A stretch of DNA of 50,792 nt from Minisyncoccota bacterium (GTDB taxonomy: Bacteria > Patescibacteriota > Minisyncoccia > Phycocordibacterales > GWA1-40-21): NCBI GenBank assembly GCA_041664585.1, contig JBAYKL010000001.1, positions 70,592-121,383 of the forward strand, written 5' to 3'. A model generated the notes under the pieces. The model was not told the DNA's origin. It was given only the letters and a program-made list of their open reading frames with translations, and searched no databases. The translations under genes were made by a program, and so were the position numbers. Positions 43,243 to 50,792 of the stretch are shown here, one piece after another. Within the stretch, counting starts at the first letter, position 1. Every line of letters starts with the position of its first letter.

Positions 43243-44322
43243 CTATAATCCCTCTTTCTGCAATTTCTCTACCGCCTCTTTGGCTTGTCGAGAAATTCTA
43301 TGAGGAATTTTTACATTAATTTTTACAAGTAAGTCTCCCCTTCTTTCACCATCAATTGGAACCCCCCTACCTCTAATACGCAGAATTTCAGCGGACTGAG
43401 TGCCTTCTGGTATCTTAAGCTCTATTTCACCGTCTAGGGTTTTTAGCATCACCTTGGTGCCTAAAATGGCCTCAGAAAGCTTAATATTGAGCTCTGTGAC
43501 GAGATTCTTCCCTTCTTTATCAAATAGATGATCTCCCTTTACATGTATCTTAATGTAGAGATCTCCGGAAGATCCACCTTTGATAGCTTCGCCTCCGCCA
43601 GATAGTCTGATGGTCTCACCATCGTTTATATCTGCTGGGATTTTTACAGAAAGTTCATCCTCTCTTTTTACGGTACCTTTTCCACTACATGTATGACATT
43701 TCTCTTTTGGAATTTGTCCTGAACCATCACAAGTACTACAGATAGTCTCTGTCATGAAGTTTCCAAACATAGATCTCTTTGCTTCACGTACTTTACCATA
43801 CCCATTACAAACACTACATGTTTGCATAGACGTTCCTTTCTTGGCTCCAGAGCCTGCACAATCTTTACACTTAGATATTTTATTTAATCTGATATTTTTC
43901 TCAACACCAAATACAGAATCATGGAATGATAGTTCTAAATCTATAGCAATATCTTTTCCTTTCTTCTGGGTTTTTCTACTACCACCTCCACCAAAGAAAT
44001 CTCCAAAAATATCACCTAGGTCAAATTCAAAACCTTGTCCATTCTGACTATTGAATCCAGAAAAATCAAAACCACCAAAGCCACCGGCTCCTTGATTGAA
44101 TCCTCCGCCACCAGTAGGTCCTGCACTTCCGTATGTATCATACTGAGATCTTTTCGTATCATCAGAAAGCACACTGTAAGCTTCGCTTACCTCTTTAAAT
44201 TTTTCTTGATTTCCACCCTTATCAGGATGATGCTCGTGTGCTAGCTTTCTGAAAGCTTTTTTAATATCTTCCTTACTGGCGCTTTTATCTACGCCGAGAG
44301 TTTTGTAATAATCTTTGGACAT
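43243..44322 (-). CDS. dnaJ: chaperone DnaJ
   Basis: J-domain DYYKTLGV...HPDK, a Gly/Phe-rich linker, and four CxxCxGxG repeats (CKDCAGSG, CSVCNGYG, CSTCDGSG, CHTCSGKG). Confidence 0.93.
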   Translation of the reverse strand: MSKDYYKTLGVDKSASKEDIKKAFRKLAHEHHPDKGGNQEKFKEVSEAYSVLSDDTKRSQYDTYGSAGPTGGGGFNQGAGGFGGFDFSGFNSQNGQGFEFDLGDIFGDFFGGGGSRKTQKKGKDIAIDLELSFHDSVFGVEKNIRLNKISKCKDCAGSGAKKGTSMQTCSVCNGYGKVREAKRSMFGNFMTETICSTCDGSGQIPKEKCHTCSGKGTVKREDELSVKIPADINDGETIRLSGGGEAIKGGSSGDLYIKIHVKGDHLFDKEGKNLVTELNIKLSEAILGTKVMLKTLDGEIELKIPEGTQSAEILRIRGRGVPIDGERRGDLLVKINVKIPHRISRQAKEAVEKLQKEGL

Positions 44323-44330
44323 TGTTTAAT

Positions 44331-46226
44331 TTATTTTCCTTCTTCTTTCTCCTTAAACTCTGCGTCTTTTATATTCTCATCTTTCTTTTCTCCTTCAGGA
44401 GCAGCTTGTCCTGGATTTGCCTGTTGAGCTTTTGACATTGCTTCACCAATCTTTTGCATTTCAGTAGATAAAGCTTCTGTAGCTGTTTTGATGGCTGCAA
44501 TATCGGAACCTTCTTTTGCTTTCTTAAGGTCAGCAATTTTGTCCTCAACACCTTTTACTATTTCTGGTGTGATTTTTGCACCATTATCTTTCACAGCTTT
44601 TTCTGCAGTGTAAATCATTTGTTCTGCAATATTTTTTGCTTCGATTTCTTCTTTCTTTTTTTTGTCTTCTTCAGCATGAAGCTCAGCTTCTTTCTGCATC
44701 TTTTCTATATCTTCTTTCTTTAGACCAGAACTTGCCTCAATTCTAATAGATTGTTCTTTACCAGTTGTCTTGTCTTTTGCTTTTACGCTCAAGATACCAT
44801 TTGCGTCTATATCAAATGTAACTTCAACTTGTGGCATACCTCTTCCTGCTGGTGGAATACCGTCTAGTATAAATCTACCAAGAGATTTGTTGTCGCTTGC
44901 CATTGGTCTTTCACCTTGAACAATGTGAATCTCTACAGAAGTTTGATTGTCTGCGGCAGTAGAAAATACCTGACTTCTTGATGTAGGAATTGTTGTGTTC
45001 TTTTCTACTAGATGTGTTGCTACACCTCCCATAGTTTCTATACCTAAAGAAAGTGGAATAACATCGAGCAAAAGAACGTCTTTTACATCTCCTCTAAGAA
45101 TTCCCCCTTGTACAGCAGCACCCAAAGCCACAACCTCATCTGGGTTTACAGAAAGATTTGGTTCTTTTCCGAACAAAGCTTTTACAGCTTGTACAATAGC
45201 AGGCATTCTTGTTTGCCCTCCGACCATTATAACTTCATTTATTTCTTCAATCTTAAATGGTGAAGCAGCAAGAGCCCTCTTTGAAATTTCAATTGATCTA
45301 TCGATCAAATCCTTTATAAGATTCTCAAGAGCCGCTCTTGTCATTTTGATTAACAAGTGTTTTGGACCACTGGCATCAGAAGTTACGAATGGAATATTTA
45401 TTTCTGTCTCCATCGCTGTAGAAAGTTCTATTTTTGCTTTTTCTGCAGCTTCATCAAGTCTCTGTAATGAAAGGGCATCTTTTCTCAAATCAATTCCATT
45501 TTCTTTCATGAATTGTTCCGCCATCCAATCTACAATTCTTTTATCTATATCGCGACCTCCAAGGTGTGAATCTCCGTCTGTAGAACGAACCTCCACAACA
45601 CTGTCTCCGATTTCTAGAATTGAGATATCAAATGTACCTCCACCGAAGTCATACACGGCGATCTTTTCATTTTTGTTTTTATTTAGACCATATGCAAGAG
45701 CTGCAGCTGTAGGCTCATTTATAATTCTCAAAACATTTAATCCGGCGATCTGACCAGCGTCTTTTGTAGCTTGTCTTTGTGAATCGTTGAAATATGCAGG
45801 TACGGTAATAACAGCATCGGTGATTTTTTCACCAAGTCTTGCTTCTACATCATTCTTCATTTTTTGAAGTATCATTGCTGAAACTTCTTCTGGTCTGTAA
45901 TTTTTACCAGCCATAGCAACCTCAACTCCTCCATTTGAAGCCTTGAGAACATCAAAAGAAACAGAAGCTTTGTCTTTCTGTACTCCAGCATCATCATATT
46001 GATGACCCATAAATCTTTTGATTTGGAAAACTGTATTCTTTGGATTTGTAACAGCTTGTCTTCTTGCTAATAGTCCTGCAAGTCTTTCTCCTGTCTTTGT
46101 AGTAGCTACAATAGAAGGAGTTGTCCTTGCGCCTTCTGCATTTTCAATAATTTTTGGTGAATTTCCTTCCATCACTGCCACAGCAGAAAATGTAGTTCCT
46201 AAGTCTATACCTATAATTTTACTCAT
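44331..46226 (-). CDS. dnaK: chaperone DnaK (Hsp70)
   Basis: [25 protein letters not shown], and the [10 protein letters not shown]-type blocks. 631 aa. Confidence 0.97.
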   Translation of the reverse strand: MSKIIGIDLGTTFSAVAVMEGNSPKIIENAEGARTTPSIVATTKTGERLAGLLARRQAVTNPKNTVFQIKRFMGHQYDDAGVQKDKASVSFDVLKASNGGVEVAMAGKNYRPEEVSAMILQKMKNDVEARLGEKITDAVITVPAYFNDSQRQATKDAGQIAGLNVLRIINEPTAAALAYGLNKNKNEKIAVYDFGGGTFDISILEIGDSVVEVRSTDGDSHLGGRDIDKRIVDWMAEQFMKENGIDLRKDALSLQRLDEAAEKAKIELSTAMETEINIPFVTSDASGPKHLLIKMTRAALENLIKDLIDRSIEISKRALAASPFKIEEINEVIMVGGQTRMPAIVQAVKALFGKEPNLSVNPDEVVALGAAVQGGILRGDVKDVLLLDVIPLSLGIETMGGVATHLVEKNTTIPTSRSQVFSTAADNQTSVEIHIVQGERPMASDNKSLGRFILDGIPPAGRGMPQVEVTFDIDANGILSVKAKDKTTGKEQSIRIEASSGLKKEDIEKMQKEAELHAEEDKKKKEEIEAKNIAEQMIYTAEKAVKDNGAKITPEIVKGVEDKIADLKKAKEGSDIAAIKTATEALSTEMQKIGEAMSKAQQANPGQAAPEGEKKDENIKDAEFKEKEEGK

Positions 46227-46268
46227 ATTTTATTTTTAATAATTAATTACTTATAAAGAAAATAATTA

Positions 46269-46571
46269 TTAAAAATTAGGAGCACGAGCTGGTTGGCTTT
46301 TTACGAATGATAAGTCTTTTAATAAAGCTTTAATTTCTGAAAAGAAGGGGCTTACTACTGGTTCGATATTTTGTATTTCAAAACAAGCAGGAAGAGCTAA
46401 GCATTCTTCTTTTCCAATAGTCGAAGTTTTCGTAACAAATCTTCCAGAAACAGCTTTAGCGATTATCTTTCCATTAATTTCAACCAATTCAAAAACAACC
46501 AAAGCCCAAGAACCGTTTGGTAATTGTATCTCTTTTTCTATATATTTTGGTTGTGTTTGAAGGGATAACAT
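46269..46571 (-). CDS. hypothetical protein inserted between grpE and dnaK
   Basis: 100-aa ORF with an ATG start. Short intergenic gaps on both sides. I recognised no motif. Confidence 0.4.
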   Translation of the reverse strand: MLSLQTQPKYIEKEIQLPNGSWALVVFELVEINGKIIAKAVSGRFVTKTSTIGKEECLALPACFEIQNIEPVVSPFFSEIKALLKDLSFVKSQPARAPNF

Positions 46572-46588
46572 ATCTATATTATATCAAA

Positions 46589-47167
46589 TTATTTTACAAA
46601 TTCAGCTACTACTACAGATGACGCAACAATAACCCTATCATTTAACATAAATCCTTTTTTCTTTACTTCTACTATAACTCCGTCTTCCTTTTCTTCCTTA
46701 GTTTCTGTATGCCCTTCTGCTACATGGAAGGCTGGATTAAATTTCTCTCCAATAGGATTCATTTCTTTCAAACCATTTTCTGCAAGAATTTTAATAAACT
46801 GAGAATGAATATATTCTACTCCCACTCTCCAGTTTTTATCTACTTTCTCCCAAGCTTCTTTGTTAGAGAAAGCCATTTCAAAACTTTCTATGACAGTAAG
46901 GAGTTCAGCTATAAGATTCTCGTTAGCAAATTTAATAGTCTCAAATTTTTCTGTTTCTACTCTTTTTTTATAATTTACAAAATCTGCTCGCTCTCTTTGC
47001 CAGCCATCCATGTATTCTGTCTTCTCTGATTCTAAAATCTTAATCTTCTCCTTCAGCTTTTTTACTACATTCTCTACTGCATCAGAATCATCTTCTGATA
47101 TAGTTTTTTTGGATTTAGATTCATCCTCATAGATTATTTCCTCTTCATTTTGTGTATTTTTATCCAT
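46589..47167 (-). CDS. grpE: nucleotide exchange factor GrpE
   Basis: Acidic N-terminus, a coiled coil (RERADFVNYKKR), and a C-terminal beta domain (KGFMLNDRVIVASSVVV). ATG at comp. 47165-47167; the track start is TTG. Confidence 0.88.
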   Translation of the reverse strand: MDKNTQNEEEIIYEDESKSKKTISEDDSDAVENVVKKLKEKIKILESEKTEYMDGWQRERADFVNYKKRVETEKFETIKFANENLIAELLTVIESFEMAFSNKEAWEKVDKNWRVGVEYIHSQFIKILAENGLKEMNPIGEKFNPAFHVAEGHTETKEEKEDGVIVEVKKKGFMLNDRVIVASSVVVAEFVK

Positions 47168-47211
47168 ATTTATACTTATTTTAGCATACTTTTTACACAA
47201 TTCAATTATAT

Positions 47212-47239
47212 AAAAACCCGAGGAGAACCTCGGGTTTTT
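47212..47239 (-). terminator. Rho-independent terminator after rpsI
   Basis: aaaaacccgagg (47212-47223) pairs with cctcgggttttt (47228-47239). Confidence 0.7.
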
Positions 47240-47243
47240 AGTA

Positions 47244-47654
47244 TTATCTCTTTGACCACTGAGCAGCCTTTCTTGCTTTCTTCAAACCGAATTTTCTTCT
47301 TTCTTTTGCTCTTTGATCTCTTACTAGGAATCCGAGTTTCTTTACTTCTTTTCTAAGTTCTGGATTTTGCTTGATTATCATTCTTGCAATACCGTGTCTC
47401 ATAGCTTCTGCTTGAGAAGCAATACCTCCTCCAGTAATCATAACTGTGATTGTGAAGAACTCTGTAAGACCAGTAACTTTTGTTATAGCTTCGGTAGCTG
47501 TGATTCTTTGTTTTTCTGTTTTAAAATAATCTTCAACTTTTTTATCTCCATTTATTTCAAAAGAGTTTTTACTAGAAATAACACCTCTAACTCTTGCGAT
47601 AGATGTTTTTCTTCTTCCCACTGCCTCTATGTATTTTGATTTTGTTTCAGTCAT
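47244..47654 (-). CDS. rpsI: 30S ribosomal protein S9
   Basis: GRRKTSIARV and the C-terminal KKARKAAQWSKR. Confidence 0.93.
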   Translation of the reverse strand: MTETKSKYIEAVGRRKTSIARVRGVISSKNSFEINGDKKVEDYFKTEKQRITATEAITKVTGLTEFFTITVMITGGGIASQAEAMRHGIARMIIKQNPELRKEVKKLGFLVRDQRAKERRKFGLKKARKAAQWSKR

Positions 47655-47658
47655 AGTA

Positions 47659-48009
47659 TTATTCAGTAATTACCAAATTCTTAATAATTTTTGCTGTCAA
47701 TTTGTTTTTTGGTAACATACCTTTTACAGCAAGCTTAAGAACTCCTCCTTTACCGTGTTTAGCGATAAGTTGTTCCATACTTTTTATGTGTAAACCTCCT
47801 GGGTATCCAGAAAATCTTGTATAAGGTGTCTTTTGTTTGTTTATAGCAATATCAAGTTTGCTAGCATTTACAACCTTTACTTCTGTATTGAAAGCAACAT
47901 TTCTTGCGAAAGATACTAAGTTCTTACCCATAAGTAAACCGGCTACTTTAGTAGCGATTCTTCCTAGCTTTCCGTCTGTTGCATCTATTGTATAAAATTT
48001 CTTTTCCAT
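47659..48009 (-). CDS. rplM: 50S ribosomal protein L13 (short form)
   Basis: YTIDATDGKLGRIATKVAGLLMGK and AVKGMLPKNKL. At 116 aa it is shorter than E. coli L13. Confidence 0.85.
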   Translation of the reverse strand: MEKKFYTIDATDGKLGRIATKVAGLLMGKNLVSFARNVAFNTEVKVVNASKLDIAINKQKTPYTRFSGYPGGLHIKSMEQLIAKHGKGGVLKLAVKGMLPKNKLTAKIIKNLVITE

Positions 48010-48020
48010 TGTTTTATTTA

Positions 48021-48368
48021 TTAAACAAATTCTATGACAGCCATTCTTGCGCTATCTGATAATCTTGTTTTTATTTTAACGACCCTTAAATATCCACCGT
48101 TTCTTGTTTTGTATTTTGGTGCTATATCTTTAACTATTTTCTTTGCTGATACAGCTCCAATCTTTGCAGCTATAAGTCTCTGTGAAGCCAAAGTATCTGT
48201 CTTACCTTTTGTAATAAGCTTTTCTACAAAAGTCTTTAGGACCTTAGCCTTTATTTCTGTGGTAGTGATTTTCTCATGTTTTACAAGAGATACAGCCATT
48301 GTCTTCAAGAGGGCGTTTCTCTGGTTCATCTTTCTACCTAGCTGTTTGTTTTTGTTACTGTGATTCAT
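48021..48368 (-). CDS. rplQ: 50S ribosomal protein L17
   Basis: LGRKMNQRNALLKTMAVSLVKHEKITTTEIKAK and GGYLRVVK. Confidence 0.9.
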   Translation of the reverse strand: MNHSNKNKQLGRKMNQRNALLKTMAVSLVKHEKITTTEIKAKVLKTFVEKLITKGKTDTLASQRLIAAKIGAVSAKKIVKDIAPKYKTRNGGYLRVVKIKTRLSDSARMAVIEFV

Positions 48369-48377
48369 ATTTGATTC

Positions 48378-49328
48378 TTACTTTAATGTAATCCCGAAAT
48401 TTGACAAGACCTTCTTGATTTCTTGTATACCCTTTGCACCAAGTCCATCAATATCTCCCATGTCTTCTTCTTTCTTTCTTGCTAAACCTCCGACTGTTCT
48501 AATGTTTGCATTTGATAGAGCATTAATTGTTCTTGCTGAAAGGTCTAATGTTTCTATTCTTGTTTTTAGGAATTCTGAATCATCTTCTTTTTCTTCTTCC
48601 TTTTCTGAGACTTCAGGAACCTCAACTTCTGGCTCTTTAAATCCAACAATCGCTTTGAGTTGTTCTATCATAGTAATGATAGATTGTTCTAGAGTTTCTT
48701 TTGCTGTGATTGATCCGTCTGTTTGTATTGAAATCCTAAGTTTGTTGAAATCTGTTCTATCTCCGACTCTCATATTTTCAACTTCGTAGTTTACTCTTCT
48801 TATAGGAGTAAATATTGCGTCCATAGCGATAGTACCAATATCTACTTTTTCTTTTTGGTGGACTTCTCTTGAGACGAAACCTAAACCTTTTTGGATTTTC
48901 ATTTCTATAGAAAGACTTGTTCCTTTGTCTGTAATAGTAGCAATAGGTTGTTCAGAATTCAAAACTTCAACCTGACCAGGAACAGTGATGTCTCCTGCAG
49001 TGACATCTTTTACGCCTTTTACTTTAAGTTCTACTGTTTGAGCTTCATCTGTAAGTATTTTAAATCTTACTTTCTTAAGATTAAGTATTATATTTATAAC
49101 GTCTTCCTTTACTCCATCCATAGTAGAGAATTCGTGTTGAACTCCATCTATTTTGATAGAAGTTATAGCAACACCAGGAATAGAAGAAAGAATGATTCTT
49201 CTTAGAGAATTACCAAGTGTGTGTCCATATCCAGGATAAAGACCATCGATTTCATAAACACCAGAAAACTCCTCCTCAGAGATTATTTTTGGTTTTGATG
49301 GTAATAATATTTTATATTGATCAGACAT
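48378..49328 (-). CDS. rpoA: DNA-directed RNA polymerase alpha subunit
   Basis: GYGHTLGNSLRRIILSSIPG in the N-terminal domain, an acidic linker, and a C-terminal HhH domain (LDLSARTINALSNANIRTVGGL). Confidence 0.95.
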   Translation of the reverse strand: MSDQYKILLPSKPKIISEEEFSGVYEIDGLYPGYGHTLGNSLRRIILSSIPGVAITSIKIDGVQHEFSTMDGVKEDVINIILNLKKVRFKILTDEAQTVELKVKGVKDVTAGDITVPGQVEVLNSEQPIATITDKGTSLSIEMKIQKGLGFVSREVHQKEKVDIGTIAMDAIFTPIRRVNYEVENMRVGDRTDFNKLRISIQTDGSITAKETLEQSIITMIEQLKAIVGFKEPEVEVPEVSEKEEEKEDDSEFLKTRIETLDLSARTINALSNANIRTVGGLARKKEEDMGDIDGLGAKGIQEIKKVLSNFGITLK

Positions 49329-49372
49329 AGTTTTTTATTAAATTAATAATTTATAAATTATAATGGGTCTGA

Positions 49373-49981
49373 CTATCTGTTATAGAACTGAATAATTGCT
49401 TGAATGTCGAAAGCAATTTCAGCTGGAGTTATCTTTGGAGCACCTTGTACTTTAGCTGTTTTCTTGGCTACATCTAATGCAAGCCATGAAGGAACTTTTA
49501 CGTCTTTTAACTTTTCATCAATATCTTTAAAAATTGGCTTCGTCTTACTTCTTTCTCTTATTGTTATAACATCACCTACCTTAACCTGTAGAGATGGGAT
49601 TGTTTCTCTTTTACCATTAACATCAAAATGTCCGTGGTTTACCATTTGTCTTGAAGCCTGTCTTGATTTTGCAAAACCAAGTCTGAAAATAACATTATCC
49701 AATCTCTTTTCTAAAACTTGTATAAGGTCATCAGCTGCAGTTGCACTTTTCTTAGACAAAACTTTACTAACATAGTTTTTGAAGTGTCTTTCACCCAAGC
49801 CATAAGTAACTTTAGCTTTTTGTTTTTCTAAAAGCTGAGTTCCGAATTCTGAAGTAGCCTTTCTCTTTTTAGGAGCAGCTTTATCACTTTGTGATCTTAG
49901 AGCAAACTTTTGAGACTGTGTTTTTTCAAACACAGCTGCACCTAATCTTCTTGCTATTTTATATCTTGGTCCTGTTTTCAT
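49373..49981 (-). CDS. rpsD: 30S ribosomal protein S4
   Basis: GPRYKIARRLG at the N-terminus, plus an S4 RNA-binding domain (RLDNVIFRLGFAKSRQASRQMVNHGHFDVNGK). Confidence 0.93.
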   Translation of the reverse strand: MKTGPRYKIARRLGAAVFEKTQSQKFALRSQSDKAAPKKRKATSEFGTQLLEKQKAKVTYGLGERHFKNYVSKVLSKKSATAADDLIQVLEKRLDNVIFRLGFAKSRQASRQMVNHGHFDVNGKRETIPSLQVKVGDVITIRERSKTKPIFKDIDEKLKDVKVPSWLALDVAKKTAKVQGAPKITPAEIAFDIQAIIQFYNR

Positions 49982-49999
49982 AATTTATTTAAAATTGTT

Positions 50000-50428
50000 T
50001 TATACTCTTCTTGGTTTCTTAGGTTTTGGTCCATTGTGTGGAACTGGAGTCTGGTCTGTAATGGCTGTGATATTGAAACCTTTTGAAATAAAACCTCTTA
50101 TAGCTGATTCTCTACCTGAACCAACCCCTTTTACAACAACGCTAATTTCTTTTAAACCTAAAAGTGCGGCTTTTTCACCAAGTACTTCTCCAACTTTTGC
50201 AGCTGCAAAAGGAGTACCTTTTTTAGCACCCTTAAATCCTAGAGCTCCAGCAGAAGATGCCATAAGAGCATTACCTGATTTATCTGTTAACAATACTAAT
50301 GTATTATTATATGTTGATTGGACACACAAAATACCAGATTCAACTTTTTTCTTTGAACTTGCTTTTGGTGCAGTAGCGCCTTTTGAATCTACTTTATCTT
50401 TTGTTGTTACTATTCTTTTCTTACCCAT
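50000..50428 (-). CDS. rpsK: 30S ribosomal protein S11
   Basis: GILCVQSTYNNTLVLLTDKSGNAL..SSAG..GFKGAKKGTPFAA and ITDQTPVPHNG. Confidence 0.95.
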   Translation of the reverse strand: MGKKRIVTTKDKVDSKGATAPKASSKKKVESGILCVQSTYNNTLVLLTDKSGNALMASSAGALGFKGAKKGTPFAAAKVGEVLGEKAALLGLKEISVVVKGVGSGRESAIRGFISKGFNITAITDQTPVPHNGPKPKKPRRV

Positions 50429-50460
50429 TGTTCGTATTGTATTATTGATTATCTAATAGA

Positions 50461-50792
50461 TTATTTTTTGTCAGCGGCTTTTCTTCCTGTTCCCATGGTC
50501 TTTCTTGTATTACCCCTGAGTGTTCTTGAGTTGGTCTTTGTTCTCTGACCTCTAGATGGAAGCTTTCTTGCGTGTCTATTTCCTCTAAAGCTTTTGATGT
50601 CCTTGAGTCTTTTTACATTTGAAGCGACTTCTCTTTTTAGGTCTCCTTCAATTTTTAGTTTCTCAACGACTAGTTTGATTTTATTCTCTTCATCAGCCGT
50701 AAGTTCACTTACTTTTTTCTCTGGATCAACACCTGCTTCTTTTAAAATCATTTGAGCACGTGATTGAGCGATACCATAAAGTACCGTTAATC
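50461..50792 (-). CDS. rpsM: 30S ribosomal protein S13 (N-terminus beyond the window end)
   Basis: The reading frame stays open to the window edge. Hand translation upstream of the track Met gives LTVLYGIAQSRAQMILKEAGV. The C-terminus is RGQRTKTNSRTLRG. Confidence 0.9.
   Translation of the reverse strand, partial: LTVLYGIAQSRAQMILKEAGVDPEKKVSELTADEENKIKLVVEKLKIEGDLKREVASNVKRLKDIKSFRGNRHARKLPSRGQRTKTNSRTLRGNTRKTMGTGRKAADKK

Noticed and set aside
44995-45753. 252-aa ORF antisense to dnaK. Similar long antisense ORFs occur at 48034-48363, 48415-48789, 49404-49775 and 49995-50456, opposite rplQ, rpoA, rpsD and rpsK.
   Set aside because: The opposite strand encodes highly conserved proteins. The antisense translations are Ser/Pro/Phe-rich low-complexity strings with no recognisable domains. 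Such shadow ORFs are expected opposite highly expressed genes.
47168-47243. CIRCE (HrcA operator, TTAGCACTC-N9-GAGTGCTAA) upstream of grpE
   Set aside because: Only a half-site-like ttagcatac (47181-47189) is present, with no matching right arm. No hrcA gene lies upstream, because rpsI precedes grpE.
1-50792. Alternative genetic code with UGA recoded as Gly, as in some CPR lineages
   Set aside because: TGA terminates several ORFs at sensible protein ends. These include the ATGA-coupled gene pairs at 23241, 24913, 35784 and 38944. No conserved gene needs read-through of TGA.
1-50792. CRISPR arrays, IS elements, integrases, prophage or toxin-antitoxin modules
   Set aside because: By eye I found no regularly spaced direct repeats and no transposase, integrase or recombinase motifs. 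The two higher-GC islands have no flanking direct repeats or tRNA that I could see. A computational repeat search would be needed to be certain.

Overview
This is a low-GC, very gene-dense bacterial chromosome segment. Hand-counted 60-nt lines mostly give 25-35% G+C. Most genes are on the minus strand, with many 4-nt ATGA start/stop overlaps. The genetic code looks standard, since TGA is used as a stop.

Core content:
- a partial DEAD-box helicase
- four aminoacyl-tRNA synthetases: trpS, lysS, an alaS lacking the C-Ala domain, and an archaeal/eukaryote-type proS
- hisG-hisI
- two MsbA-like ABC exporters
- two histidine kinases
- grpE-orf-dnaK-dnaJ
- the rpsM-rpsK-rpsD-rpoA-rplQ and rplM-rpsI block at the right end

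The shortened proteins and patchy metabolism suggest a small-genome, CPR/Patescibacteria-like organism, but that is inference only. I recognised no rRNA, tRNA, CRISPR array, transposase or integrase.

Most interesting accessory content:
1. A minimal graspetide (microviridin-like RiPP) locus at 17.2-18.4 kb. Its 39-aa precursor ORF is missing from the ORF track.
2. A tightly coupled six-gene operon at 22.1-28.0 kb. It combines two anticodon-domain-less class II aaRS paralogs with an ATP-grasp ligase, an MccF/LdcA-type S66 peptidase, a SAM methyltransferase and an RpiB-like isomerase.
3. An FNR-like / GT2 / radical-SAM-like (C-X8-C-X2-C) / HIT operon at 6.7-10.0 kb.
4. Two compositionally foreign higher-GC islands: a cyanophycin-synthetase-type ATP-grasp at 4.2-5.2 kb, and an N-terminally truncated RlmN/Cfr-like radical SAM enzyme at 20.5-22.1 kb.
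5. A terminator/antiterminator leader upstream of hisG.

Several ORF-track starts are TTG/GTG extensions. I moved those to the first ATG where an SD sequence or protein homology supported it.
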